From Pseudomonadota bacterium (lineage in GTDB: Archaea; Thermoplasmatota; SW-10-69-26; JACQPN01; JAJPHT01): DNA of 64,000 bases. The notes under the pieces were generated by a model that did not search any database, was not told the origin of the DNA, and saw only the letters and a program-made list of their open reading frames with translations. The stretch is from the NCBI GenBank assembly GCA_021325135.1, contig JAJPHT010000027.1, forward strand, positions 1 through 64,000, written 5' to 3'. This document shows positions 9,606 to 18,237 of the stretch, piece after piece; position 1 is the stretch's first letter, and each line of letters starts with the position of its first letter. Both the position numbers and the translations under genes were made by a program.

Positions 9606-10574
9606 CTAGGGGAACGGCCGCGAGGCGAGGGCCACCTCGTGGACCGTCATGACGAAGTAGCCGTCGTTGGTGTGCGCGACGGGGGCGCTCACCTTCCAGT
9701 CGCCCGGGGCCGCGGGGTACTGCGCGCTGACGTAGACGCCTCCGCCCGAGGGCTGCGCGTCGGTGGCGGGCCCTCCGGAGGGGTACGCCGTGTTGTTGGG
9801 GTCCACCAGCTGATAGCCCCGCGCGTAGGTCTTCGCGCCGCCGGAGAAGGTGGCCTGGAGGAAGGTCTGGCGCTCGTCCACGTGGAACGTCTGCGTGTTG
9901 AGCGTCGCCACCGGGAAGACCGTGGTGCTGTTGAACACCTCCTTCGCGGTGGCGGTGACGACCTGCCCCGTCCAGTTCTCCACGTGGCGGCTCACGGTGA
10001 GGCCGTACCCCGCGGCGAACTCCAGGTGGCTCCACCACTTCAGCGCGGGGACGTAGTCGTAGGTCGCGTAGGGCTTGCCGTCCGCCTGCGCGACGATGGA
10101 GAAGCCGGGCGAGCCGCCCGCGGTGGCGATGGAGGGCGAGTAGGTCGCGGTCATCACGACGGAGAGCCCGTCCCACGTCGCGCTCCACCGCGAGCCGTCC
10201 TGCATGGGGAACGCGAAGAACGCCACGGGCTTGTCGTGCTGCGCGCCGGCGAGGTCGCTCGCCCGGATGCGGCCCACGTAGCTCACGTCGAGCATGGCGT
10301 CGTAGCCCGCCAGCGTCGGGTCGTCGGTGGAGAGCGCGTAGCCCTCGCCCGACGCGGCCGTGACGACCAGCGTGGCGCGGCCGCCGCCCTGGCTCGTCGT
10401 CTCCCACGCGTCGCCGACGCGCCAGACGGGCGCCAGGACGACCGTGGTGTTGTTCATGGCCGCGGGCCCCGTGGGCGTCGAGGGGCGCGGCTCCACGTTG
10501 GCGCTGGATATGGTGGACGGGCCGAGGCAGCCGGCGAGCCCGACGAGGAGGATCACCATGGCCGCCGCTCTCAA
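9606..10574 (-). CDS. Hypothetical lipoprotein
   Basis: LAGCLG lipobox. Confidence 0.7.
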   Translation of the reverse strand: MRAAAMVILLVGLAGCLGPSTISSANVEPRPSTPTGPAAMNNTTVVLAPVWRVGDAWETTSQGGGRATLVVTAASGEGYALSTDDPTLAGYDAMLDVSYVGRIRASDLAGAQHDKPVAFFAFPMQDGSRWSATWDGLSVVMTATYSPSIATAGGSPGFSIVAQADGKPYATYDYVPALKWWSHLEFAAGYGLTVSRHVENWTGQVVTATAKEVFNSTTVFPVATLNTQTFHVDERQTFLQATFSGGAKTYARGYQLVDPNNTAYPSGGPATDAQPSGGGVYVSAQYPAAPGDWKVSAPVAHTNDGYFVMTVHEVALASRPFP

Positions 10575-10667
10575 GCCCTCACCGGGAGGGAGCAGGGGCC
10601 GGGGTGAGCATCAAGCCCTCGGAGGCCAGGGCAAACCCTCAAGGGCGCCCCTCGCCGTGGCGGCGCG

Positions 10668-11450
10668 ATGAACTACGAGAACCTGCTCGTGGAGCGCGAC
10701 GCCGGCGTGGCCGTCCTCACCGTGAACCGGCCCAAGGCGTTGAACGCGATGAACCAGGCGACGCTGCGCGAGCTGAAGGCCGCCATCGAGGAGCTTGACG
10801 CGGACCCGGGCGTGCAGGTGGTCGTCGTCACGGGCTCGGGCGAGAAGGCGTTCGTCGCGGGCGCGGACATCTCCGAGATGGCCTCCTTCGGGCCGCAGCA
10901 GGCCGAGGAGCACGCGCGGCGCGGGCAGGCCGTCGTCGCGGCCTTCGAGCGCTGCCGCAAGCCCGTCCTCGCGGCCATCAACGGCTACGCGCTTGGAGGC
11001 GGGCTGGAGCTTGCGCTGGCGTGCGATATCAGGATCGCCAGCGACAACGCGCAGATGGGCCTCCCCGAGGTGAGCCTCGCGACGATCCCCGGCTTCGGCG
11101 GCACGCAGCGGCTCTCGCGCGTCGCGGGCCTGGGCATGGCGCTGGAGCTGGTCATGACGGGCCGGCGCGTCAAGGCCGACGAGGCGCTGCGCATCGGCCT
11201 CGTGAACCGCGTCGTCCCCCAGGCCGAGCTTCTCGCGGCCGCCAAGCAGACGGCGCGCGACATCCTCGCCAACGGGCCCTACGCCGTGCGCCTTGCCAAG
11301 GAGGTCATCCGCCGCGGCGCCGAGACGGACCTGGAGCACGGCCTGGACATCGAGCAGAAGGCCTTCGGCCTGACCTTCGCGACGCACGACCAGAAGGAGG
11401 GCATGCGCGCCTTCCTGGAGAAGCGCAAGCCGTCGTGGAAGGGCGAGTAG
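10668..11450 (+). CDS. Enoyl-CoA hydratase (crotonase family)
   Basis: AFVAGADI, GYALGGGLELALACD, PEV...PGFGGTQRL. Confidence 0.92.
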   Translation: MNYENLLVERDAGVAVLTVNRPKALNAMNQATLRELKAAIEELDADPGVQVVVVTGSGEKAFVAGADISEMASFGPQQAEEHARRGQAVVAAFERCRKPVLAAINGYALGGGLELALACDIRIASDNAQMGLPEVSLATIPGFGGTQRLSRVAGLGMALELVMTGRRVKADEALRIGLVNRVVPQAELLAAAKQTARDILANGPYAVRLAKEVIRRGAETDLEHGLDIEQKAFGLTFATHDQKEGMRAFLEKRKPSWKGE

Positions 11451-11533
11451 GAGCGGGCTCCCGGGCGGCCAGCGGCGGCATTCACGACCTGTGAGCGCAC
11501 GTTCATGGTCCCGGGATCGTTGCACCTCCGGAG

Positions 11534-11761
11534 ATGAGCGAGGGAGACGGGCCCCCAAGCGACGCGGAGCTGCGTCTGGCCGAGCGCGAGGTGGACCTCG
11601 CGGCCAGGCAGACGCTCGACGCCCTGCAGCGCTGGCTTCTCGCCGACAACGCGACGCTGGCCCACGCGCAGGCGTGGCTTGAGGTCGCGCGCAGGCAGGA
11701 GGCCGAGGCCCGCGCCCGCCTGGAGCGGCTGCAGCGGGCGGCCGCCGGGAGCCACGCATGA
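11534..11761 (+). CDS. Hypothetical coiled-coil protein
   Basis: ATGA overlap with the next gene. Confidence 0.5.
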   Translation: MSEGDGPPSDAELRLAEREVDLAARQTLDALQRWLLADNATLAHAQAWLEVARRQEAEARARLERLQRAAAGSHA

Positions 11762-12423
11762 TCGCCGGCAGCGCCATCGACCTCGCCGTGGGCGCGCTGG
11801 CCCTCCTCGTCGCCGTCTGGTTCCTCGTCGCGTGGCGCAGGATCGGCGAGCCCCCGTTCCTCCTCTTCGCCGTGGGCCTCGCGCTCAAGGGCGTCGGCTA
11901 CGCGCTGGGCGACCCGGCCGAGTTCGCCATCGCGCACCGCGCCGCGACGCCGCTGGAGTCCGTGCGCCTCGCGTGCCTCTTCGCGGGGAACCTCGTCATG
12001 GTCGCCGCGTACCTCGGCGGGCAAGGCCATGCGCGTCGCGCCTGGCTCGTGGGCGGCTGGGGCGTCGCGGCGGCGGCCCTCGTCCTCGCCGCGCTGGACC
12101 TCCTCGTCCCGCCCCTGGGCGAGGTCGACCTCGCGACGCTCTCGCCCGCGCTCCACGGCCTCGCGGCCCTCGCCAACGTGGCCTGCGCCGTGCTGGCCTC
12201 GCAGGGCTTCCGCGCCTCCCCGCGCCCCACGCGCGCCCTCGTGCCCGCGGCGTTCCTCCTCTGGGGCCTCTCCAACTACACGTGGCTCCTCATCGACCTG
12301 GGCGCGCCCTCCTCCTTCGGCGCGTGGGTGCAGGCGTGGCGCTTCCTCGCGGTGCTCTTCATGCTCGCTGCGCTCATCGTGCCCGGCCGGTCGCCGGAGG
12401 TGACGCGGCCTGCCGAGGCGTGA
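11758..12423 (+). CDS. Multi-pass membrane protein (~7 TM)
   Basis: Hydrophobic helices throughout. Confidence 0.65.
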   Translation: MIAGSAIDLAVGALALLVAVWFLVAWRRIGEPPFLLFAVGLALKGVGYALGDPAEFAIAHRAATPLESVRLACLFAGNLVMVAAYLGGQGHARRAWLVGGWGVAAAALVLAALDLLVPPLGEVDLATLSPALHGLAALANVACAVLASQGFRASPRPTRALVPAAFLLWGLSNYTWLLIDLGAPSSFGAWVQAWRFLAVLFMLAALIVPGRSPEVTRPAEA

Positions 12424-12679
12424 GCGCTGGGGCGTCGTCGGCTCCATCCTGGAGGCCATCGAGCGCGAGCACGCCGAGCGCGGCGCCACGGCCCGCGTGA
12501 CCAACGTCGCCGTCCGCGCCAACGTGCCCTACGACCGCCTGGTGAGCTACCTGGAGAGCATGTCCGCCGCCGGGCTCGTCACGCTGGAGAAGATGCCCCG
12601 CCTCACCAAGGAGGGCGACGAGGTGCTCCGCCAGTACCGCCAGTGGATCGAGGTCGTGCGGCGCTACGGTTTCGTGTGA
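12410..12679 (+). CDS. Archaeal winged-helix protein (HTH_45-like), probable CTG start
   Basis: (M)PRRERWGVVGSILEA...TNVAVRANVPYDRLVSYL...LTKEG; GGAGGTGA at 12396-12403. Confidence 0.7.
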   Translation: MPRRERWGVVGSILEAIEREHAERGATARVTNVAVRANVPYDRLVSYLESMSAAGLVTLEKMPRLTKEGDEVLRQYRQWIEVVRRYGFV

Positions 12680-12731
12680 GGGCGCTCGCCCCCCTGACGT
12701 CTTGATCGTCTGCCGGAACGGGGCTTCAACC

Positions 12732-13205
12732 TCAGGGGTCCGCGCCCCCCGAACCCCTCGCCCTGTGATATCGTTTCACCGCCAGCCCGTAGGCCTCGTC
12801 GATCCACGGCTTGACGCGCTCCCACGTCGCCTCGCCGGGTGATAGCACGCTGATCCAGGACAGGGGCGCGTAGAAGGGCTGCGGCGTGATGGCGTCGAGG
12901 GCCGCGAAGTCGTGCCCCGTCGCCACCGGGCCCCCCTCGCGGTTCCAGCCGGGCTCGGGCCCGAAGAGGGAGCGGTACGTCTCGCGGGAGACGCCGAGGC
13001 TCAGCCGGAAGACGCCCGGCCGCGACAGGTTGGACACCTGGTCGTACCCGTCGGTGAGCACGAGGGTCATGAACGGCTGGCGGCGGTCGTGGGGCGTGTC
13101 GCGCTGGGGGTCGAAGTAGACGAAGTGGGCGTCCGGGGTCGTGAGGACGTCCAGCCCCTGGAAGCGTTCGACGACGTGCCGGAGGATCGCATCTGCGTCT
13201 GGCAT
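12732..13205 (-). CDS. DUF6194-like protein
   Basis: PFMTLV...D.VSNLSRPGVFRLSLGV...DFAALD...P.YA...W. Confidence 0.65.
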   Translation of the reverse strand: MPDADAILRHVVERFQGLDVLTTPDAHFVYFDPQRDTPHDRRQPFMTLVLTDGYDQVSNLSRPGVFRLSLGVSRETYRSLFGPEPGWNREGGPVATGHDFAALDAITPQPFYAPLSWISVLSPGEATWERVKPWIDEAYGLAVKRYHRARGSGGADP

Positions 13206-13488
13206 GAGGGCCGCAACGACGCGCCATCCATGGCCTTTTCCACGGAAGGCTGCGGATTCCGCCTGCGGCGGCCGCGGGAATTCGTGGCCAGACAGGCGGA
13301 ATCGGTGAAAGGGGGGACCGCGGGGACTAGGGCTGCTTGCCCCCGCGGTTCGAGCCTTCCTGCCCTTTCCCCCGCTATCTGTTCTCTGCCACGTCCCCGG
13401 GTGAACAAGGGGTGAAGGGTCCCTCGTCAAAACCCTTCCAACGTGGGCATGAGCCCCCGCGCGCTGCTTCCGGTGCCGGGAACCTCCC

Positions 13489-14403
13489 ATGAAGACCCGA
13501 ACCCTGACCGTGGGCCTCCTGGCCCTTGCGACCCTCTCGGGCGCCTTCGCCGCGGCGTCCGACGACCCCAGCGCCGCGCCCGCCGTCTTCGGCATGGCCC
13601 TGGAGCCGAGCCAGATCGCCCTCCCCGTGGGCGGCGCGGCGACCGTGGGCCTCTACGCCGACGCGATGCACGACCTCGACCTGACGCTCTCCGCCTCCGG
13701 CGGCCAGGGCGGCGTCTCGGTGGCGCTCGCCTCGACGGCCTTCCACGTGCAGGCGGCCCACAGGAACGTCGCCACCTTCGCCGTGAAGGGCCTCGCCGCG
13801 GGCAACTACGTCGTCATGATCCGCGGCGACGACGGGGCCGGTGATATCAAGGAGCTGCCCCTCGCCGTGCGCGTCGTCGCCAACGAGACGCGCCCCGCCG
13901 CGGCGAGCACCTACAACGCGCCCCGCCCCACGTGGGGCATGAAGTGGGACCCCGCCGAGATGCGCGTGCAGCCCGGCCACGACTACGAGGCGGCGCTGCT
14001 CCTGCGCGGCTATCGCGCCATCGACGTCTCCCTCAGCGCCAAGAGCTACCCCGGCGCCGAGGTCGCCCTCGCGCAGGACGCCGCGCAGATCGCGCCCAAC
14101 GAGACGACGCGCGTCGCGGCCAGGATCCACGTGGACGACAACGCCACGGGCGAGATCGTCGTCTACGCCCAGGCGGGCTCGCCCGCCGACGCCGAGCGCC
14201 ACGACGCGCGCCTGGTCCTCCACGTCGTGCGCCCCACGGCGGAGGAGCCCAAGCCCGCGCCCACCGCGGCCCCGTCGTTCTGGGATCTGCTGCGGGCGTA
14301 CCTCGCCCAGCACGGCATCGCCCTCCAGGGCCACAAGGTGGTCATCCTGGTGCTGGACGACCAGGGGAACGCGACCCCCCTGACCCCCGGGAGCAGCGCT
14401 TAA
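13489..14403 (+). CDS. Secreted Ig-like hypothetical protein
   Basis: Signal peptide; two beta-rich repeats. Confidence 0.65.
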   Translation: MKTRTLTVGLLALATLSGAFAAASDDPSAAPAVFGMALEPSQIALPVGGAATVGLYADAMHDLDLTLSASGGQGGVSVALASTAFHVQAAHRNVATFAVKGLAAGNYVVMIRGDDGAGDIKELPLAVRVVANETRPAAASTYNAPRPTWGMKWDPAEMRVQPGHDYEAALLLRGYRAIDVSLSAKSYPGAEVALAQDAAQIAPNETTRVAARIHVDDNATGEIVVYAQAGSPADAERHDARLVLHVVRPTAEEPKPAPTAAPSFWDLLRAYLAQHGIALQGHKVVILVLDDQGNATPLTPGSSA

Positions 14404-14442
14404 GCCAACCTGACGTCGAGGACTCCGGGGGACCCGCCTCTC

Positions 14443-15759
14443 ATGCGCCGCGCGCTCGCCATCCTCCTGCTCGTCGCCGCCTCCGGCCTCACGCCGGGCG
14501 ACGCGCGAGCCGTGGAAGGCGCGACCCCGGTCCTCGCCCTCACGCCCGCCAACGCCACGCTGCCCCAGGACGGCGGCGCGGGCCCGGTCCTCCTTCTCCA
14601 CAACCCCCTCGCGCGCCCCGTCACGCTCGCCTTGAGCAACGACACGGCGCCCTTCCTCATCGCCTACGAGACGCCCCAGGTCACCCTTGCGCCCAACGCG
14701 TCGGTGAAGGTGCGCTCCAGCTTCCACGTGCCGGGCACCGTCCCGCCGGGCAACTACGTGGTGAACGTCACCGCCGTCGAGGTGGCCGCCAACGGCACCG
14801 CGGCGCGGCTGCGCGCCCAGGCGCCCTTCGCGGTGAAGGTCGTGGCCAAGAGCGTCCCCACGCGCGCCGCCGCCGCGGGCGTCACGCTGCGCGTCGAGCC
14901 CGCGGAGGTGAACCTCACCTCGGGCGGCGAGGCCGTGGTGCGGCTCCTCGTGGCCAACGGCGGCGCCACGGCGTGGACGCCCGCCTTCCGCGTCCAGACG
15001 GAGGACCGCCTCACCGCGGAGCCCGCCTTCCCGCCCGCCCCCGTCGCGGGCGGCCACGCCGAGGAGATCGCCCTCGTCCTGCGCGACGCGGGCGGCGCCG
15101 CGCCGGGTGACAGCAACGCCTACGTCATCCCGGCGGACCCCGCCGTCTCGCCCGTCGCGTTCCGCGTCCACCTCGCGCAGGCCCCGGCGGCCGCCGCTGC
15201 GGCCGCACCTGCGGCCGCAGCCGGCGCGGGCTCCTCCCTCGCCGCGCCCGCCCTTGTGGCCGGCGGCGTCGCGGCGACGGGCGGCGTCGCGGCGGCCGCG
15301 CTGCTGCTGCGCCGGCGCTGGCCCTTCTTCGCCGCCGCGCTCTACACGCGCCTGAAGCCCAACCGCGTGCTGGACCAGCCGACGCGCGAGCGCATCGCGC
15401 AGATCGTCGGCGCCGAGCCCGGCATCGCGTTCAGCGACCTCGCGCGCCGGCTCGACCTGGGCTTCGGCGCGCTCACCTACCACGCGCAGGTCCTGGAGCG
15501 CTCCGGCGTGGTCTTCTCGGCGCGCGACGGCCAGCAGCGGCGCTTCTTCCCCGTGGCGGGTGGCTTCGTGAAGGGCTCGGGCAGCCTCTCCGAGCGCGCG
15601 CTGCAGGCGCTCCTCTCCGGCCCGCGCGGGCTCGCGGAACTCGCGCGCGAGCTGGGCGTGAGCCGACAGGCGCTGCACTACCACCTCAAGCGTCTCGCGG
15701 AGGAGGGGCGCGTCGTGGCGCGGGGGAACGGGCGCGCGGTGCGCTTTGAGCGCGCCTAG
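14443..15759 (+). CDS. Membrane-anchored regulator: extracellular Ig-like domains, TM, double wHTH
   Basis: Signal peptide; LYTRL...VLDQPTRERI...PGI...LTYHAQVLE; second HTH VSRQALHYHLKRL. Confidence 0.8.
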   Translation: MRRALAILLLVAASGLTPGDARAVEGATPVLALTPANATLPQDGGAGPVLLLHNPLARPVTLALSNDTAPFLIAYETPQVTLAPNASVKVRSSFHVPGTVPPGNYVVNVTAVEVAANGTAARLRAQAPFAVKVVAKSVPTRAAAAGVTLRVEPAEVNLTSGGEAVVRLLVANGGATAWTPAFRVQTEDRLTAEPAFPPAPVAGGHAEEIALVLRDAGGAAPGDSNAYVIPADPAVSPVAFRVHLAQAPAAAAAAAPAAAAGAGSSLAAPALVAGGVAATGGVAAAALLLRRRWPFFAAALYTRLKPNRVLDQPTRERIAQIVGAEPGIAFSDLARRLDLGFGALTYHAQVLERSGVVFSARDGQQRRFFPVAGGFVKGSGSLSERALQALLSGPRGLAELARELGVSRQALHYHLKRLAEEGRVVARGNGRAVRFERA

Positions 15760-16574
15760 CCGACGGGCAGCCCCTCCACGACGATGCGCAAGTGGCCCGA
15801 GCCGGCGAGGGCGCCCTGGAGGGCAAGCTCGCCGGGGGCGCGCAGCACGCCATCTGGGTTCCGCTCCACGACCGCCGCGCCGTGGTCCAGCGCGCCGTAG
15901 GTTGCGACCCAGGTGCGCGCGGGGTCGCCAGGAGACGTGCCCTTGTACGCGATGGACAGCTGGCCCTGCGGCGCCGCGGGGCCGCCGTCGCCCACGCGCT
16001 CCAGCGTGACGCGGACGTCGCGATAGTCCTGCGCCAGCTTCGCGGTCCACGAGGCGGTCTGCTCGCCGTCGAAGGCGACCTCCTGCTGGAAGAGGACGAC
16101 TCCGTGGGCCTGGTTGAGCGAGGAGAACGCGACGGCGTCGCCGTTGCCGCTCACGAGGAACGTCGGCGTCGCCGCGGGGATGGCCATTGCCTCGACGTGG
16201 AGGGTGTGCGCGCCGTCGAGAAGCTGCGCGGTGTCCAGCGGGAAGCTCCACCGCGTCGTGCCCTCCGCATAGCCCAGGAGGTGGTCGTCCACCCACACGG
16301 ACACGTCCACGACGCGGAAGCCGTGCGCGGGCTCCGCGGTGCCTTCCAGGACGATGGGGCCGCTCAGGCGCGCGTCCGCGACGGGGGTCGCGAGGTGCGC
16401 CCACGCCCAGCTTCCCGACGCGTCAGGGACGAGGTCCAGCAGGGGCGCGGGGTCCGCCTGCGCATGCAGCGACGCGGAGAGGGTGGCGTCCACGTCGATC
16501 CCCGCCGCGAGGGGGGCCGCCAGGAACAGAGCTGAAGCTAGCACGACGAACGATCGCAAATCGGTCACTCCCAA
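15756..16574 (-). CDS. Secreted protein with Ig-like domain
   Basis: Signal peptide; GTTRWSFPLDTAQLLDGAHTLHVEA. Confidence 0.65.
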   Translation of the reverse strand: MGVTDLRSFVVLASALFLAAPLAAGIDVDATLSASLHAQADPAPLLDLVPDASGSWAWAHLATPVADARLSGPIVLEGTAEPAHGFRVVDVSVWVDDHLLGYAEGTTRWSFPLDTAQLLDGAHTLHVEAMAIPAATPTFLVSGNGDAVAFSSLNQAHGVVLFQQEVAFDGEQTASWTAKLAQDYRDVRVTLERVGDGGPAAPQGQLSIAYKGTSPGDPARTWVATYGALDHGAAVVERNPDGVLRAPGELALQGALAGSGHLRIVVEGLPVG

Positions 16575-16665
16575 GCCTCCGCGGAGCGGAAAGCGCCCAA
16601 CCAGGCCACCACCTGGTATTGAGCTTTGCGACGCTCCACCACGAGATTCCCACAGTAGAGAAGAC

Positions 16666-17655
16666 TCAACCTGTTGAAGGAGCCAAGGATGCCTCTTCGT
16701 CGGGCGGGAACTTCACGACCGTCTGGAGGAGGTCGTAGGCCTCGTGGCTCTCGGGGAAGATCTTCCGCGCCTCCTCGACCAGCGCGGTGGCCTTGACGTA
16801 GCGGGGCGAGATGTGCGTGAGGTAGAGCATGCCCACCCGGGCGGCCTTGGCGATGAACGCCGCCTGCGCGGCGGTGGAGTGGCCGTGCTTGTTGGCGTCG
16901 GGGAAGTCGTTGGCGTAGGTGGACTCGTGGATGAGCACGTCCGCGCCCTGCGCGATCTCGACGGTCTGCTCGCAGGGCACGCAGTCGCCCGTGTAGACGA
17001 CCTTGCGCCCGCGGCGCGTGGGGCCGAGCACCTGCTCGGGCGCGATGGTGCGCCCGTCGGGGAGCGTCACGGCCTCGCCGCGCTGGAGCTGCCCGAACAT
17101 CTTGCCTTCGGGGACGCCCAGCGCGAGGGCGGCGGGCTTGTTGAAGCGCCCGGGCCGGCTGTCCTCCACCACCGCGTAGGCCAGCGCATACGCCGTGTGG
17201 CGCACCTCTTTTGCGATCACCTTGTAGCCGGGGAACTCCAGCACGGCGCCGCTGGTGATCTCCGCCACCTGGACCTTGAAGCCGCCCCCCTCGCCGCCGC
17301 GCCGGCCGCGCCCCTCCTTGGGCTCGCTTCGGGGGATGACGCCGAAGTCCATGCACATCTGCTTCGTGCCCGGGGGGCCCGCGATGAGGAGGGGCTCCTT
17401 GCGGTCGTTGAGGCGCATCGTCTGCACGAGGCCCGGCAGGCCGTAGTAGTGGTCGCCGTGCAGGTGCGTGATGAGGATCTTCTGCACCTGCATGTACGAC
17501 AGGCCGCTGCGCTGGAACTGGCGCTGCGTGCCCTCGCCGCAGTCGAAGAGGAGCACCTCGCTTCCCCGCTTGAGCGCGACCGCGGGGACGTTCCTCTCGA
17601 CGCTGGGCCACGAGGCGCCGGTCCCGAGGAACACGAGCTCCATGTTCTCGTGCAT
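16666..17655 (-). CDS. rnz: Ribonuclease Z
   Basis: FLGTG, FDCGEGTQ, THLHGDH, YTGD, IHESTY, HGHST, THISPRY. Confidence 0.95.
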   Translation of the reverse strand: MHENMELVFLGTGASWPSVERNVPAVALKRGSEVLLFDCGEGTQRQFQRSGLSYMQVQKILITHLHGDHYYGLPGLVQTMRLNDRKEPLLIAGPPGTKQMCMDFGVIPRSEPKEGRGRRGGEGGGFKVQVAEITSGAVLEFPGYKVIAKEVRHTAYALAYAVVEDSRPGRFNKPAALALGVPEGKMFGQLQRGEAVTLPDGRTIAPEQVLGPTRRGRKVVYTGDCVPCEQTVEIAQGADVLIHESTYANDFPDANKHGHSTAAQAAFIAKAARVGMLYLTHISPRYVKATALVEEARKIFPESHEAYDLLQTVVKFPPDEEASLAPSTG

Positions 17656-17721
17656 CGGCCTGCCCAGCCCCACCCCCCATGAATACCTTTCTGGCTTCGC
17701 CGCGCCCCCGTCGCGTGCTGC

Positions 17722-17735
17722 GATTCCCGGAGGAA
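17722..17735 (+). repeat. attL core
   Basis: GATTCCCGGAGGAA; matches 48031-48044 at 13/14 positions, first 11 exact. Confidence 0.65.
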
Positions 17736-17746
17736 CCTTCCGCTCC

Positions 17747-17778
17747 GTGCCGGTACGCCAAGGGTACAGTACCAGCAC
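17747..17778. repeat. Left arm-type sites (inverted pair)
   Basis: GTGCCGGTAC (17747-17756) and GTACCAGCAC (17769-17778); exact inverted copies at 47914-47923 and 48012-48021. Confidence 0.6.
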
Positions 17779-17868
17779 GCATCCCGGCCTGGGAGCCCCA
17801 AGCTGGGCAGGTGGGCGGACGTGAGCCCAGAGGCGGTACTTCTCCTCAGACTACCCGAGGAGACCCGA

Positions 17869-18237
17869 ATGAACGCCCAGACCATGACCCGGACTGACCG
17901 GGCAACATACCTCAAGACCCGCAAGACCGCCAGTGTCCAACTCTACTTCCCGACCCTGGCAGAGAAGACGCGCTACATGGCGATGGCGGAGGACCAGAAG
18001 TTCTCCAACTTCAACCAATTCCTCCTCCAGATGCTCGCCCAGGCGACCAGCGGGAACGTCTACCCCGCAGGCTACGTCCCCGGTCTGGAGAAGGAAGTGG
18101 AGAAGCTGCGCGGCTGGGTCCACCAGAAGGACCAGCAGCTTCACGAACTCCACCAGGAGCGCGCCACCCTGCTTCGGCAGATTGCCGATCTGCGCCTCGT
18201 GGCCCAGACGGTCGCCCGCTCGGGGGTGCGCGCGTGA
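17869..18237 (+). CDS. Small RHH-like/coiled-coil protein coupled to the integrase
   Basis: GAGGAG SD; beta-helix-helix N-terminus, then heptads; GTGA overlap with the integrase. Confidence 0.65.
   Translation: MNAQTMTRTDRATYLKTRKTASVQLYFPTLAEKTRYMAMAEDQKFSNFNQFLLQMLAQATSGNVYPAGYVPGLEKEVEKLRGWVHQKDQQLHELHQERATLLRQIADLRLVAQTVARSGVRA

Noticed and set aside
17660-17830. tRNA gene as integration target
   Set aside because: No cloverleaf, TTCRA T-loop or CCA-type end at either junction
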